Positions 11,371-25,620 of a stretch of 64,000 bases of DNA are shown piece after piece. The translations under genes were made by a program, and so were the position numbers. Positions within the stretch are counted from its first letter, which is position 1; every line of letters begins with the position of its first letter. This DNA is from Lama guanicoe. Lineage: Eukaryota. Under the pieces are notes generated by a model. The model saw nothing but the letters and a program-made list of their open reading frames with translations, made no database searches and was not told the DNA's origin. The DNA lies in contig MU053482.1 in NCBI GenBank assembly GCA_013239625.1, forward strand, positions 4,477,775-4,541,774, in the 5' to 3' direction.

Positions 11371-14300
11371 GGCTGCTACTGTTGCTAAGCCCCGGCACGA
11401 GCAGCAGTCAAGAGCACACAAAAGATCCTGAGCGGCCCAGGTGCTTCCTCTGAGTGGGCCAGACCCCAAGGATACTAAGTGAAGATGGCAGTGCTAGAGC
11501 GAGCTTTGAGCTGTTCAGTTCCCGACGAGCTACCCACTGGTCTGTGGTAAGAGGAGGCTCCAATGCAAAGGACATTGGTCAGCGGGCAGAGTCACCACTC
11601 TGCTTCGTTGTGAGTTTCCTCCTGGCTCTCTACCTTCTCAGGACAGAATTACACTTTCTGGGGTGGGGGGCTCACTGTATATAAATGTTTCCCAAGGAGA
11701 AACACTCCCAAGTTGTTCTTTTGATGGGAACCTAAATTCTTATATTATAAGAAATGTTCCAGTAGCCATTCATCAATAAATCATGAGAAACTGGACAGGA
11801 TAACAGTAGAATTCTAACTAGCAATTTTTGAGTTTCTCTGAAGAACATGGCTATTTCACGTCCAAGAAGTTCTGTTAGCTTCTTGGCATTGAGGACATGC
11901 CACTTGGGAAATATCAGTAATTTTTTCCAAAATGACAGATTTCCTCAGAATAGATGAATGAATTCTCTTTCTCAAGATCCTGAAAATCTTATCTGAGCAG
12001 ATTCTAGACCACCATGTCTCTATTCTGAGAATTGTACTGTTCATTTACAGACAGTCTTGAATGATTAGACGCATAGAAGTTACTCCGGCGGGGAGGGGAG
12101 ACCCTTCTTGCTGCTTACAGACCTTAACTGGTGTCTTGAGTGAAGATAAAATCAGAGGATTTGTACCAATAAAGCACCTTAGCCATGCCCGTGGGGACCT
12201 ATGGGACTGAAAGTTACTGTTTGCAAGATGTGCTGATAACATGCTGCTGGTTTAAAATAACTATGAGCCCACTGAGCCCTGTGCTTTCTGCCATTTTTTT
12301 AAGCTTAACGATGAGAAGCTCAGTCCAAATTAGTATCGCTTCCTTCAGAGATATCCAGGGTGCTTCGCGCACATGTCCAATCAGTGGCACTCCAACTCAT
12401 CACTGGGCTGATCGGTCCCCGTGGGAAAACTGCGGGAGCACAGTCCGGAGAGCAAGGACCGGACATACCATCTCCTGGTCTTGTTTCCATGTGGCGGCGT
12501 CTCCGGGTACACACACCCGCTCTTTCACCCATTTCCAGGGCTGGTGGAATAAATGTTTATGAAGAGTAGACCCCATGTTATGGAGTGCACTTTTTAATGA
12601 ATAGAGCTGTGTGTTTATCCCCAATTTATCCTCTGTTTTCTTTGGCAATAAAATTTGACTGCATCTGAAGAAGATTTTCATAGTTCTATAAAGAAAAGGC
12701 AGCTTATAGCATAAAAGCTTACAGCTTTTCAGAGAAAAAAGAAAACTTGAAGCTGGGAGTGATTTAAAAATATTTCCTATGTCCCCTGTAAGAAACAAAC
12801 TATCCTACCCACGCCCAGGGTCTTTGGGGTCTGCAGCAGGAAATCCTCCTAGTATTTGACAAGTCCATTTCCACAGTGATGGGCACATTTCAAAAGCAAA
12901 GTGATTGCTTTTCTTCTAGATTTCTTTCCAGTGCTATTGCGATTATTGCCATGCCTGCTAGATGAGACATTCCTTTTGCCTAAAGCAATAAACAATCAAA
13001 AATGCACAGCCTTCAAGGCTCTCCCTAAGTTATCAGTAAACCTATAGTGGATCTTATATTATCATTGTTGCATTTTTATTTCTATCAGACTAGGACTCTC
13101 CAGAGATCTGAAGAACTCCCTCTACCTTTGTGAACAGAAAAACATTCCAAGGCTCCATCGATTTCCCCCAGACAAATGAAAATATTATCACCTGGAGAAT
13201 TCAGACTCCAGGGTTGGTTTTGCCTGAACTAACATGAAGATTTCATTCTACATTGCCTTCAATCTTCCCTCCGACAATGAAAAATTCCACCATACTAGAA
13301 TGGAGACATAGGCAGATGTGATGTACTGTGGGCCCCTGGTATTGCGGGCCAGCCAGCAGAGGGACAAGTCCTGTTGCAGGTAGCACTGTGAGCTCATGGA
13401 GGTAGGAACAGAGACTTACTTGTTCTCTATCCTCCAGGACCTAGTAAAGGATCCTTGAATGCTTGTTGAATCTCAGAAAACTCAATTGAAGGGGATGGTT
13501 CTAACAAAAGCCATCAGATGCTCCAAGACTCGATCTGACAGGTACAGTTTGTTCTGCACTGACTTGGGCAAAGCCAAGCTATGGTGGGGTGTGATGCTGG
13601 GGAGAGAGGACAGGGCATGATGAGTGCTGAAATGGATGAGCTTAGTGTTGGGGGAGCTGCATACAGACAGGGGATGGCAATTCTAGTGATCCATCTATTC
13701 CCAGCAGGACTTCAGCCAGTAACTTGGGAGGAAGGAGATTTCAGCACCTCTCTACCATCATCCCCAGCTGAGGGGGAAGAAGTGAACTGGGTGTAAGTCC
13801 CAACCACAGAGAGAGTTTAAATTGGGCCCCAGTCACAGAGAGTGATTATAATACAGGGCATGACAACCAGGTGACTACAGGGCAGAGGTTGGCGAAGGCC
13901 CAGTCTGGCAAAGTCCAATACTGAATCAAGGATTGGACTGGGTGCCACTGGGTGGCCCCTCAAACAAGCAGAGCTCATCCTTGCCCTTCAAGCATCAAGT
14001 GTGGGAGTGTGGCTTAATTCTAGGCCCCCCAGGGATGGCTGTCAGGCTACTAATGTAAGCTCTGTCCTAGTCAGGAATGGCTAGGGGTTGAGGAGGTCCT
14101 TGGACCTGCAGGTAAGAGTTGCTGAGTGAGGCCAAGACACAAGCAGTGAAAAACTTGCAGTCCCTCTCTGACCAGTTTCTACCAAGAGCATGGTACTGCA
14201 GGCTCAAATTGAACCAAAGCAGTACATTCTGGCAGAATGATGATTAAAATGTGATCTTGGCCTGATTTCTTTCTTCATAATTTGAGGGAAAAGAGTAGGT

Positions 14301-14802
14301 TGTACAGTATCTTTTTCTAGGCAGCACATCTAAGTTCTCGACTCCTTAAGTGTCTGACACAAGGTTTGGGGAGGTTGGTGAGTGGGCTGGATGTGTCTTG
14401 CTTTGGGGAATCTTGCCAGGTGTTGGCTATGCTCCCTCAGTGTAACCAAGCAACCAGCTGATTTTATCAAGACTGCAAAGGCAGGAAAGCTGGTCAAGTT
14501 CCATATATAAGTGCTCTGGGGAAAGGTGTGCTGGTGGCTTCTGGGCGTAGATGAGGAAAGGGAGGAGGAAAGAAAGCATGTGTAATGACCACAACACAGA
14601 GAGTACGAGAAAGAGAGGACAGAGGTCATGATGAGAAGAGGAAAGAAGACTGTCTCGTTCAAGATGCAAGGTGTCCAGGAATTACTGATGTGCACGCCTC
14701 TTGCAGCCAATGAAAGTCGAAAAAGGGACAGAGAATCTTTACCCTTCCCTCCTCCCGCTATCATCCAACTCTGAGTTTTTAAAGATTGTATTCTACTCCC
14801 AT

Positions 14803-15270
14803 TGTATCAGTTAGAATTCAACCAGAAAAAAGATTCCCCTGGTTTTCCAAATAGGGAAGGTTTTAACATGGGGAATTAGATACCTACACAAACAGAAGCA
14901 AAGATCAGGGCAGCATTTGCCAGAATTCATGAAATAAGAAGTGACCAGAGCAGGGAAGTGGCTTCAGACAATCTCTGCTGCCTACAGTCCAAAGCAAGTG
15001 ACACGGGCGGTTTCCAGGGGTGCTGCAGAATTCAGGAAGTACAGAGAAGCCTCAGTCTCTGCTACCTGCAGCAGGTGGATCACAGAAACTCACCTGGAAG
15101 CTTGTGTAAACCTCGTCTCTGCCCCCTTCCCACTTGCCCATGACTGTGCCAGAGAATGACGGCTTCTCCTGCCCTGCCATCCTTCAACTTTCACATGAAT
15201 TTACAGAACCTAACCCAGAACCACTCCAGAAAGGAACTCTAAGACATGTACTTGCAGACTTCTCTGTAAT
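14803..15270 (-). mobile_element. Old ERVL-class LTR (subfamily uncertain)
   Basis: tgtatcagttagaattcaaccag...ttttaacatggggaattag resembles a reverse-oriented LTR end. Confidence 0.4.
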
Positions 15271-15469
15271 GATGATGTAATGATAAAGATAATGTAGAAG
15301 CAGACAGAGAAGCTGCAGAGCTAACAGCAGATGATCTGTTGAGGATAGGGGGTTTGCCAGTTTCTTTATACTTGGTGTGCAAATTGTAGATTTGAAATTT
15401 GTTATTGATTCCATTTTGAGTCTCCCTCCTTCCACACTGAGTGCTTGCAAAAAGTTAGAGACGGCTGGC

Positions 15470-16060
15470 TAGTTTATTCACTCGTTCCTCGAATACTTGC
15501 TGGACTCTTATTATGTGCCAGGTGCTGGCCCAGATGCTGGGGATGTACTGGTGAACAAGACAGACAAGGGCCCTGCCCTTGGAGGCTTACACTCTAATTA
15601 AAGAGTATATGACCATAATAAAGTGAACACACTGAACAAAGTAATTTCTTTTTCCTCATAGCTTTCTTGAGGTATATTTTACATATCATAAAATTCACCC
15701 ATTTTAAGTACACAATTCAATGACTTTTAGTAGAGTCCCTGAGTGGTACAACAATCACCATAAATCAGTTTTTGAACATTTTCATCCTTATAAGAAGATC
15801 CCTCATGCCCATTTACAGTTAATCCCAGTTCCCACCTCCCAGCCTCAGGCCACCAAGAATGGATAAATTGTCTGTCTGCATAAATTTGCCTTTTATGAAC
15901 ATTTCATATAAATGGAATCACACTGATGATTTCAATTTGAGATAAATATGTGATTTAAATGAATCAGAGAGATATGATAGAGCAGATGGGCAGTAGGGAG
16001 GTGCACCTTCATTTTGGATGGCGGGGGAAGGCCTCCTTGAGAAGGACTGACATTTGGCTT
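15470..16060 (-). mobile_element. L2 fragment interrupted by an L1MB-type 3' end (~15655-15925, minus)
   Basis: tatgtgccaggtgctgg...ggtgaacaagacagac (L2); aaaattcacccattttaagtacacaattcaatga (L1 3' end). Confidence 0.75.
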
Positions 16061-16849
16061 GAGATGTACCTTGTCATATATATCAGGCATGCATTGTCAA
16101 GAGCACGAGGTAGAGACTCTGTTAATTGGTATAAAATACACTAAATACATCAAAATATGGCAATACACTAAAAATCATGGTTTGGAGATAATGTGCAGGT
16201 TACCTGGCAACACACGTGCCCAAGGAGGGTGTGGGCTTTACAGGGCACATTCTCGTAGAGAGAACTGAGGAGGAGGTTAGAAGAAAAGGGACAAAGGGCT
16301 GTTTTCTCTCTAAAGAACAAAGTTCTCAGATTCTGTTGACAAATGTAACCCAGCAACTACTAGAATATTCAGACATAAAAAGAGATGGAACCAAACAAGA
16401 GCATCTGACTCAACTTCTCCCCTGCTCCAGGAGCTCAGCCAAGTACAGCAAAACTTTCAGCCCTCAGAGAAGTGTGGTTGAGACAAATGTCGAGACTTAA
16501 GAATCAGAAGTTCTTCCAGTCCCAGTTTCTACACTTTCTTGCAATGTAATTTGAGCTGCTGTCTTCTCGTCTGCAATATGGAAATACAAAGTCTTATCCT
16601 GTTGGACCTTTTGGGGAATTAAATGTGATAATATAGGTAAGCACTCAGCCCAATGCCTAACACAGTATAAGGCTTTAATAAATGATATGATTTGTCATTT
16701 TGAAGGAAGGAACAGCAAGCTCAAGATTCAAGTAAGTAAAGGCGATGTGAGGTTACATACTTGTGAATGAAAAATATTGCCAGCCATATCAGTAAACAAA
16801 AGATGCTGTGGCCATCAAGTCATCAGTGGCTACTGCCACCTCCAAGAGT

Positions 16850-18670
16850 GAACTAGAAATAAATCTAACCAAGGAACTTAATGACTTGTACTCTGAAAAC
16901 TTAAGACATTGATAAAAGAAACTGAAGATGGCAAAAATATACCATGTTCATGGATTAGAAGAATTAATATTGTTAAAATTACCATACTCCCAAGGCAATC
17001 TACAGATTCAATGCAATCTTTATCAAAATACCAATGCCATTTTTAACATAACTAGAACAAATAATTCTAAAACCTATGTGGAAACACAAAGGACTCCAAA
17101 TAGCCAACACAACTTGGAGACAGAAGAACAAAGCTGGAGGTATCATATGCCCTGATTTTAAACTATACTACAAAGCTATGGTGATTAAAACTGGGCACAA
17201 AAACAGAAACATCTATCAATGGAATAGAATAGAGAGCCCAGAAATAAACCCACACTTATAGGGTCAATAAATCTACAACAAAGGAGGCAAGAGTATACAA
17301 TGGGGAAAAGACAGTCTCTTCAATAAGTGGTGCTAGGAAAACTGGACAGCTACATGCAAAAGAGTCAAACTGGACTTCTTTCTCACCATATATATAAACT
17401 CAAAATTGATTAAGTAATTAAATGTAAGACTTGAAACCACAAAACTCCTAGAGGAAATCATAGGAAGTACGCTGTTTGACACTGGTCTTAGCAAAAATTT
17501 TTTTTGAATATGTCTCCTTAGGCAAGGAAAACAAAAGCAAAAATAAACAAATGGCCCATCAAACTAAAAAGGTTTTTCACAGCAAAGAAAACCATCAACA
17601 AATGAAAAGGCAACCTACTGAATGGAAAAAGATATTTGCAAATGATATATTCCATCAAGGTTTAATACCTAATATACACAAAGAACTGATACAACTCAAC
17701 ATCAAAGAACAAACAACCCAATTAAAAATGGGTAGAGGAATCAAACAGACATTTTTTTTCCAAGAAAACATACAGATAGCAAACAGGTACATGAAAAGAT
17801 GTTTAGCATCTCTCACTATCAGGGAAATGCAAATCAAAACCACAATATCACCTCACATCTATCAGAATGGCTATTATCAAAAAGACAACAAATAACTACT
17901 GTTGGCAAGGATGTGTAGAAAAGGGACCCCTTATGCTCTGTTGGTGGGAATGTAAATTGGTGCAGCCACTGTAGAGAACTGTGTGGAGCTTCCTCAAAAA
18001 ATTAAAAGTAGAAATACCATGGGATTCAGCCATTTCACTTCTGGGTATTTTTCTGAAGAAAACAAAAATACTAATTCAAAAAGATATGTGTGTCCTGATG
18101 TCCATTGCAACATTATTTACAACAACCAAGATATGGAAGCAACCTTAGTGTCCATTGACAGATGAATGGATAAAGAAGATATGGTGTAAATAACCATGGA
18201 ATATTACTCTGCCATAAAAAAGAAGAAAATCTTGCCATTTGCAACAACATGAATGAACCTAGAGGTTATTATGCTAAGTGAGATAAGTCAGACAAAGAAA
18301 GATAAATATAGTATAATTTCACTCATGGAATCTAAAAAAAAAAAGCAAACAAATATAACAAAACAGAAACAGACTCAGAGATACAGAGAACAAACTGGCA
18401 GTTGCCAGAGAGGAGAAAGATGGAGGAATGAGTGAAATAGGTGAGGGAGATTAAGAGACATACATTTCCAATTATAAAATATATAAGTCATGAGAATATA
18501 ACGTGCCACATAAGGAATGTAGTTAGTAATACTGTAATAACTTTGTATTGTGACAGATGGTAACTAGACTCGTGATCATTTTGAAATGAATGAAATAATG
18601 AATTGCTATGTTGTACACCTGAAACTAATACAATATTTTAAGTCAATTATATTTCAATTTTTAAAAAAAG
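16850..18670 (+). mobile_element. 5'-truncated LINE-1 (ORF2 3' part + 3'UTR), L1MA9/laurasiatherian-type, decayed
   Basis: ORF2 peptides [52 protein letters not shown]; full 3'UTR and A tail. Confidence 0.95.
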
Positions 18671-18819
18671 GTAATTTATGCAAAGCACTTTGCAGAGTAC
18701 CTGACACATTGTAAGCACAATAAAAATGGGTTATTCTCATCATTGTTCATGTATTTGAACATTACTGTTTGCCATGCAGTGTACTGTGAGCTGGGTAGTG
18801 GGCACACCTTGTGCAGTGG

Positions 18820-19010
18820 AACAGAAGTGGGTTTGGGAGAATTAACACTGAGTTTCAGTTCTAGCTCTGCCCTTTCTTAGTTGTTCCAACTTAGTCAAAT
18901 CCCTCAGTCTTCCCAAGCCTCCATTTCTCACCTAGAAAATGAGAGTCATGGTATATATCCCCAGGATTGTTAGGAGAAGTAAATAGAATAATGTCTTTGA
19001 AAAGCACATT
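18820..19010 (+). mobile_element. MIR SINE
   Basis: aagcctccatttctcacctagaaaatgag core. Confidence 0.6.
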
Positions 19011-19379
19011 GGAGGTACAAAAGGAGATGTTGCTAGTCGTCTGTGGACTGCTGGGGCATTTTGCTTCTCCTCCTGCCCTCATTTGGTCTACTTCTTTGGG
19101 GTCCATTTTCTTTTCGATTTTGGTACCAACCAGAAGTGAGGGAAGGGAAGAAGGGCATATTGACACCAACCTCAGTCCACTTTATCAGGGATTGTTAATC
19201 CTATAATACTTTTGATGAGAGAAAACATTGAAGATATGATTGATTCATTCATATATAGATTCTGGAGAGGGAGTATATTTCCACTTCCCAGGGTAAACAT
19301 AGTTTTGTACAAAGAAATCAAGTTTTAGTATCAGATCTACATTACAAATCTTAGAAAATCCTTATTCAATTCTCTTTAT

Positions 19380-19525
19380 ACCCATGTGGCCATGGGTGAA
19401 TTACTTCACCTCTCTGAGCCTCAATTTCTTCATCTATAAAATAGGAGTAAATATACCTAACATGTAGAATTGTTAGGTTTAAATATAAGATATGTAAAAT
19501 ACAGTATCAGAACAGTGTCCAGTAA
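19380..19525 (+). mobile_element. MIR SINE
   Basis: ttacttcacctctctgagcctcaatttcttcatctataaaatagg. Confidence 0.8.
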
Positions 19526-20129
19526 GTGGTTGTTCTTCTAAACTAAAATGTTTATTTCAAGTCTTTCCAGTTTAACTATGGTAAAGATTTTTAGCACCAC
19601 CGAGATCTTTTTTTATGAAATACAGTAAAGTCATAACAAGCCGACATAATCAAATGCAATGTTTTTATCTTCTCCCTTCAGACTCGTGATTCTTGCCTCC
19701 TCAGACATCACTCTCCAGGACCAATGTTCTGACAATAAAGGCATGCTAAGTACTACTGTGTGCAAGCAAGACTCTGCCAGTCCCCTGGGATGGGTCACTG
19801 TGGAATGCAGTCCCTGGCCTGCAAGGGAAACAGACTGTCCACAGTGACAGTGCCATGGGACAGGGCTCTGATGGCACAATGCCGAGAGCTCTGTGAGAAC
19901 CTACACTAGACAGCCAGAGAAGGTGAACTCTAAGCTCTGCCTTGGAGGACAGGAAAGAGTTTGCAGGTGGTCCAGGGAGGGAAAGACATGGAGATAGGAA
20001 TGGTGAGAAGTTTGGGTTGGCTGAAACATGGTAGGTTGGAAAAGTGGCAGAAGAAGAGATTGGAGAAGCAGGACAGGAAAAGATGACAAAGAACTGACCT
20101 AGAGCAGAGAAGCTGAAGGTAAGAAGGAA

Positions 20130-20625
20130 GAAAAGAAGGTAAGAGACATTTCTGAGGTTGCATCATTAGTTCTTAGCAACCAAAAGACATTGGTTATTAG
20201 CCCAGAGAGGGATGAGGAGGAGGAGCACTAAAGAGCACCAAAGAGCACCAGAGAGGGCTCTCGATATTCAACCTGGAAGACTGAGTAGGTGGTGTCTCCA
20301 CCGACTGAGATGGAATCCTAGTAAGAAGAGCAGGTGGGGGCGTAAGTTTTCATCTTAGTCTGGCATGTTTTGAATTTGAGATGCATGTGGAACCTTCCAG
20401 GCCAAGGAAGGTTCCCGGACAAGGATGTAACTCTGTTAAAGCTCTGAGGACCCTGCTGGCTGACATACATCCTTCTCTGTGGTAAGTGACCATGTCCAGT
20501 AGCCAATTAGACCTGCAGACATGTCTGGGCTGAATAGAGGGTTTGGGCATCTTCCAAATGCAGTCACTGAAGTCACAGGGTAGAAAAGGCACTCCTTGTA
20601 CCCCATAGCTCCCAGCAGAGGGAGG
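20130..20625 (-). mobile_element. L2 fragment
   Basis: ggcatgttttgaatttgagatgcatgtggaac; agatagg-like L2 antisense motifs. Confidence 0.55.
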
Positions 20626-21299
20626 AACTTGATGAATCACAGTTACTGGGTTGACGCTCTTAGCATGGCTCTCCTCCCTACCCACCTCATCTTTTCTGTC
20701 GTGTGTACATCGTTCTTCCTTTCATCTCCTCCTGCTTCTCCTTTGCAACTCCCAGTGAATGCCTGATGAATCCTGGCTTAGTGAATAAGCTAAACCCTCC
20801 ACTTAGAAATCAAGCCCTAGCTTTTATCTTCCTCTGTGGGTTTGCATTTGCTAGAATCAAAGTAACATTAGCACAATTTGGATTAATGTGGAGACTTCTA
20901 ATCCGCTTCTTTGAAATATTCTATATTTTAATAACTTTAATAATTACTCCTTCCTTTCTCTAATTAAGAGCTTAGAGACAGAGACCTTGGAGAGGGACCA
21001 AAACAGTGGTGGTAAGTATTGTGGAGAATAGGAAGAAACATTTGCAGAGCAGAATCAATATTCAGAGCCAGCTAAGAAGCATTTGGATTTTAATTCCATG
21101 AGCATTGCTGTGGACAAGGCCTCAAATGCTGGGGATACAGAGGGAGCAGGACTTTCCTTCTCCCTGTTTGGGGTCCAACTAGGATGCCCCAGGTTGCACT
21201 GACAACAATAGTGTCAATTCCATAATCATAGCCTACTGATAATGTTCCCAGCAGTCCTTAGAGCTTAGGAGAATCCCAGACCACCCTGACTCCACCTCA

Positions 21300-22060
21300 C
21301 TGTTCTGAGTTCGGCGGGGGGGGGGGGCGCACTGGTGGTTGATCAGAAGTTCCTGCTGTGGCATTGCCTTCCACCCACAAAAGTGGCTTCAAGTCCTCAG
21401 CTCCAGTGGCAGCTGTGTGTTTTAGGGTGTCCTCTCCACCGGAAGCTAACCTAAAGGGCCCAGAAGAACCCTCAGGACCCTCAGGCTAACCTTGTCTCAC
21501 TTCCCAGCTCCACATGGGTATGGAAGCCACGGGGAAGGAAAGTTCTAGCTTCTGGGCACGGGGTGAGCCTGGGGGCTTGGCAGAGGAGAGCCTCCAGAGG
21601 GGCAGAGGGTGTGCCTGCTGGCACGAGGCCTCTCTTGAAGCCAGGCTGGAGCCCAGAGGCGGAGGTGGGTTTTCTGCTCCTGCTTCAGCCCAGTGCAGAC
21701 ACCGTCCTTATATAACACATCTTTCTGTTTGAAGCCCAGCTCAGGAATGAGCTGCTCAGGGACTGGTTCTGGGGTTGCCCACCTCTTAGACCCAGAGTCA
21801 CCATCCTCTTCCTTCCAGGGACCCATCTTCAAGAACTGAGCAGCTTCTATTTTGAACTCTGACACACAGGGTTTCATTGAGCCCTTTCCCCTCAACCATA
21901 CCACACCTACTCTTTAAACAAAATCTATCTTTAGTGATTCTGAGGGGCTTTGCCATTCTCAGGAAGACCCTCCTGAGAAGGATTCCAGAGGATTCCACTG
22001 CTACCTTACTAAGGAATGCCAGCCTCAGAGAGTCAGAGATGGCCTTCTGCATCTCTCCCA
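21300..22060 (-). pseudogene. Candidate decayed coding exon (unidentified)
   Basis: Strong acceptor tttttttcctcttcttcAG ending at 22061; overlapping ORFs 21798-22061 and 21545-21904; the second frame continues to ~21300 with only two internal stops. Confidence 0.3.
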
Positions 22061-22169
22061 CTGAAGAAGAGGAAAAAAATGCACAAATTCAGTCTCTAGC
22101 GAGCCATCCCTCTAGCAGGAACTCCAAATCCCAGAGATAAATTTGATGCACCTCTTCCGCAAAAAAATT

Positions 22170-22700
22170 ACGGTCTTTTGAGGAATCGGACATGGGCAAT
22201 AACACAGTTGTAAGGTAGGATAGACTAAGTGCTAAATGTAGATTCAAAAAGCCCTCATTAATTCTGACTTGTTGAATTGGGGTGAGGAGGTATTTGTTCT
22301 TTGAGGATAAGAAGGATTTAATAGATGGATAATACAGGAAATGGTGCTCCAGGACGGGGGTGCAGAATGAGGCAGCCAGGAGAGCTTGTAAATGCGAGCT
22401 TTACTTAAGGAACAGTGAGGGGTTCGGTGTTGATAAAGCACATGGTTCGTACCAGGGTGGATAGGACATGAGGCTGAAATGGATAATGACCCACGAGGCC
22501 AGCCTTCGGTGCTATGGGGAGAAATCTGGTCTTTATTCTGCAGGGGCTGGAAAAGCACCATGGCAGCTTTCTCAAGAAAGGAGTGATCAGATCCTTCCTT
22601 AGATGAAGGAGCCTTAGAAGGATCAAAGCTCATCCATGAAGAGGATGGAGAAATTAACAACAGGCCACCAGCTTGGAAGCTACTGCTACTGGCTCCAAAA
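22170..22700 (-). mobile_element. L2 fragment
   Basis: aaggagtgatcagat...caggccaccagcttggaagctactgc pattern. Confidence 0.5.
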
Positions 22701-24129
22701 GAAGGGACAAAACCAGGTTAAGGGCAGACATACAAAATTCTGCATATCACTTTGGGGGGATTTACAGGCTCCCTTGAAGCCCAACTAAGGTCACCAGGTT
22801 AAGACTTCTACTATAACAAGAGCCACCTGTGTTCAACACTAAGGCCACAAAGATGGATACAACATGGTTCCTTCCCTCAAGGAGTTTGCACTTTGGTGAG
22901 GGGGGTCAAACCTGTATTCAGACCTCAGCTAGTGAGTTGCACAACTTACTGAGTCTCTCTGTACCATCTCTCCTACAACACATCTTCCAAGGACCCTGTG
23001 ACCCAAAAGCATGGTTAAAAACAACTGCTCTAGAAATTTGTTACCTCCATAAATGTTTCTGATTCTTGGTTTCTGTTTTTACTCCTCCGCTAAGTACCAA
23101 CTCACTATAAAAAACAAAAACAAAAACAAAAACTAAGGTCAACAATTTTAAGTGGGTGTTGTGAACATTATTACATCTTATCTGTAGTGAAAACCCAACA
23201 TATAAATTCAGCTCTAGGTCTAAGTTATGCTGAAATTCTGAAAGACATTTTCCCTGCCCATACCTGACCTCATTCTCTGGTGAGGCACACCATTTCAGAA
23301 CCTACTCTCTAATAGCTGGTGCTTCTATGAGGATGTGAATCAATTTTAATTTGGACTTTGGCTTCTGCAGCAAGTGCCTTTGAAGAAGCACCTTCCTGAG
23401 AATGCCAACTTGCACCTTTCAATTACGGCCAGATAATTAGGATGGAGGCTCACCTGCCGCCCATTCTATTTCTATGTGGGTGGTGGGGGACAGATGGGAT
23501 GTTTCTGAGCAACTGGCATTTTCATGAAACATTGAAAGAGATCACCACCTGTAACTAATATAATGTTATATATCAATTATATTCTCAATTAAAAAATTAA
23601 AAAGAGAGAGGGATTATATTGTTCAAACCGAGGCTGAAGAAAATTGTGCCACTTCCACATGCCAGAGCATTCTGGGAGACGTGGCTCGGATGCCAAACTG
23701 GATTTTCCGTGCTATCCCAGGGTTTATGGGTCTATATAACAGAGTGCTTAAAGGTAGGATTGGCCTGTAAAATCTAGAACATACATTTGCTAGAAGAAGA
23801 GAACAGACTCTGACCTCAAGAAAATATGCAGTCTGGTTGGTGGGGGGAAGATACACACATAGAAAAAAAGAACCTACTTGACAAAGGGATAAGGAAGTGT
23901 GCGCTCAGAGCAAGGTAAATTATTACAAAAGGGGAAGGAAGGTTGTAGGAATTCAGAGAAAAGAGCTGGTGCCATGTAAGGAGGAGCATAAAACAGGGGA
24001 CAAACGCAAAGAATGAGCATGCTGTGCACCCCACACACACACACATTTAATGTGATTTCTTCTGATCTAACAATTAGGGACTACCTACTATATGCTAGAT
24101 GCAAGGCCAGGTGATTTCATATGATTTTT

Positions 24130-24425
24130 TTATACATACTGCGCAACACTGATTCATTCTTCTGAAACATGCTTTTTCATTTAGTATGTGGTCATCTTTC
24201 CACACCCGTGCCTAGGTGTTTACTTCATCATCTTTGATTAATGCTTATTATTCCATAGTAAGAAGTACTATTATTTATTTAACCAGTCTTATGCTGATGG
24301 CATTTAGAGAATTTCCACTTATTCACTACTACAAACAATATTGCAATGAGCATCTCTTAAATTTTGATAATATTGCAAAATTAACCTCCAAAAAGATTTT
24401 AACAATTTACACTTGACACTAACAA
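24130..24425 (-). mobile_element. Old L1ME-type fragment
   Basis: tattccatagta...tttatttaaccagtc..gatggcatttag..tacaaacaatattgcaatgagcatc. Confidence 0.65.
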
Positions 24426-25379
24426 ACACAATGCAAATTTTACCATGGCATCTGGAAAGCCATCAGTCAACTCCACTTTAAAAGTTCTAGGAGGCAGGAG
24501 GGTCTCAATGTAAGTTTCAGGTTGGGAGTGGGAGTTCTCTTTGGGACTGGGTGCAGTTTCCATGTCTTGCAACATGCAGCCTGGAGTCCAGTTCTCAGCA
24601 CTTTCTCTCAGCCCGGGTTTCGGACCCCTCCTAGCTGCCAGCTGTCCTCAGTGAACAGGAAGCAGACTTGACTCACATGACCATCAGGGTCTGCAATGCT
24701 TTGGCTGCTCCTGGGGCCTGTCTTCAGAGATCCTGTGAGTGATTGGGGCTCCCTGAGTGAGCACACAGCCAAAGCCATCTCTAATTCCCACAGAACAGTC
24801 TTTCTGTCTAACAGGCTTCTGTCCTGGTCCCTGGCTTTCTCTCCAGTTCCCACTTGGAAGGGAACCCAGCTGGCCATCGCTCTGCCTTTTTCTAACCTCT
24901 CCTCCCAGCCCTGCTTCCTCTAGCTGAGCCCAGCCTCAGCCCCAGCATCTCCACCACCAGTGGGCCCACTGACATTCCTGAGATGCCTACTTCTTTACCT
25001 GCTATTTTGGTTGGATCAGAATTCACCTCATCCTCCAAAACTGAGGATTTAGACAACTGACTACTCTGACTTTTATCACAGCTGCTCAGGCATCCTCCTG
25101 CCTGCCTGTGCTCCCCCACCTCCTGCAACATCAGGGGCTCACCTCATATTTCATTCATTCATTAAACAAATATTTATTATGTGCCATGCACATTTTCTAC
25201 CAAATTGCAAAAGGCCTAAAATAACTTACATCCACATCCAGCTCTCTATTTCTACCGCAGTGTAGATGGCAGGTTATTGAAATTTTATGAATTTGTTACT
25301 ACAGTCTGGATGGAGTCAGTCGTTTTTCTGGAAGAGATGCACTCCTAGGCAGTCACCATTATAGTACTCCATCCCATTC

Positions 25380-25620
25380 CATTGACATTGTATAATAAGC
25401 GCCAACATGCATTAAGTGCTCAGCATGGTCCAAGATGTGTGCATGCATTAGTAATAATCCTCGCCACAACAATGAGACAAGTACTTTTGTCGTACTCATA
25501 CTTTATAGGTGGGGATCTGAGGCTAAATGAATCACCCTAGGCTTACCCAGGCTGTAATTAACAGAGCCAGGCATTTGGTAACAGAGCCTGCGCTCTTAGC
25601 CACTATGGCATTCTGCCCCT
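25380..25620 (-). mobile_element. MIR SINE
   Basis: aatcctcgccacaac...ttataggtggggatctgaggct...cagagccagg. Confidence 0.65.

Noticed and set aside
12185..12562. 125-aa + strand ORF ending near AATAAA
   Set aside because: No recognisable product; the 3' part loosely resembles an L2 tail.
16928..18435. Cluster of + strand ORFs as a host gene
   Set aside because: All are broken LINE-1 ORF2 or 3'UTR pieces.
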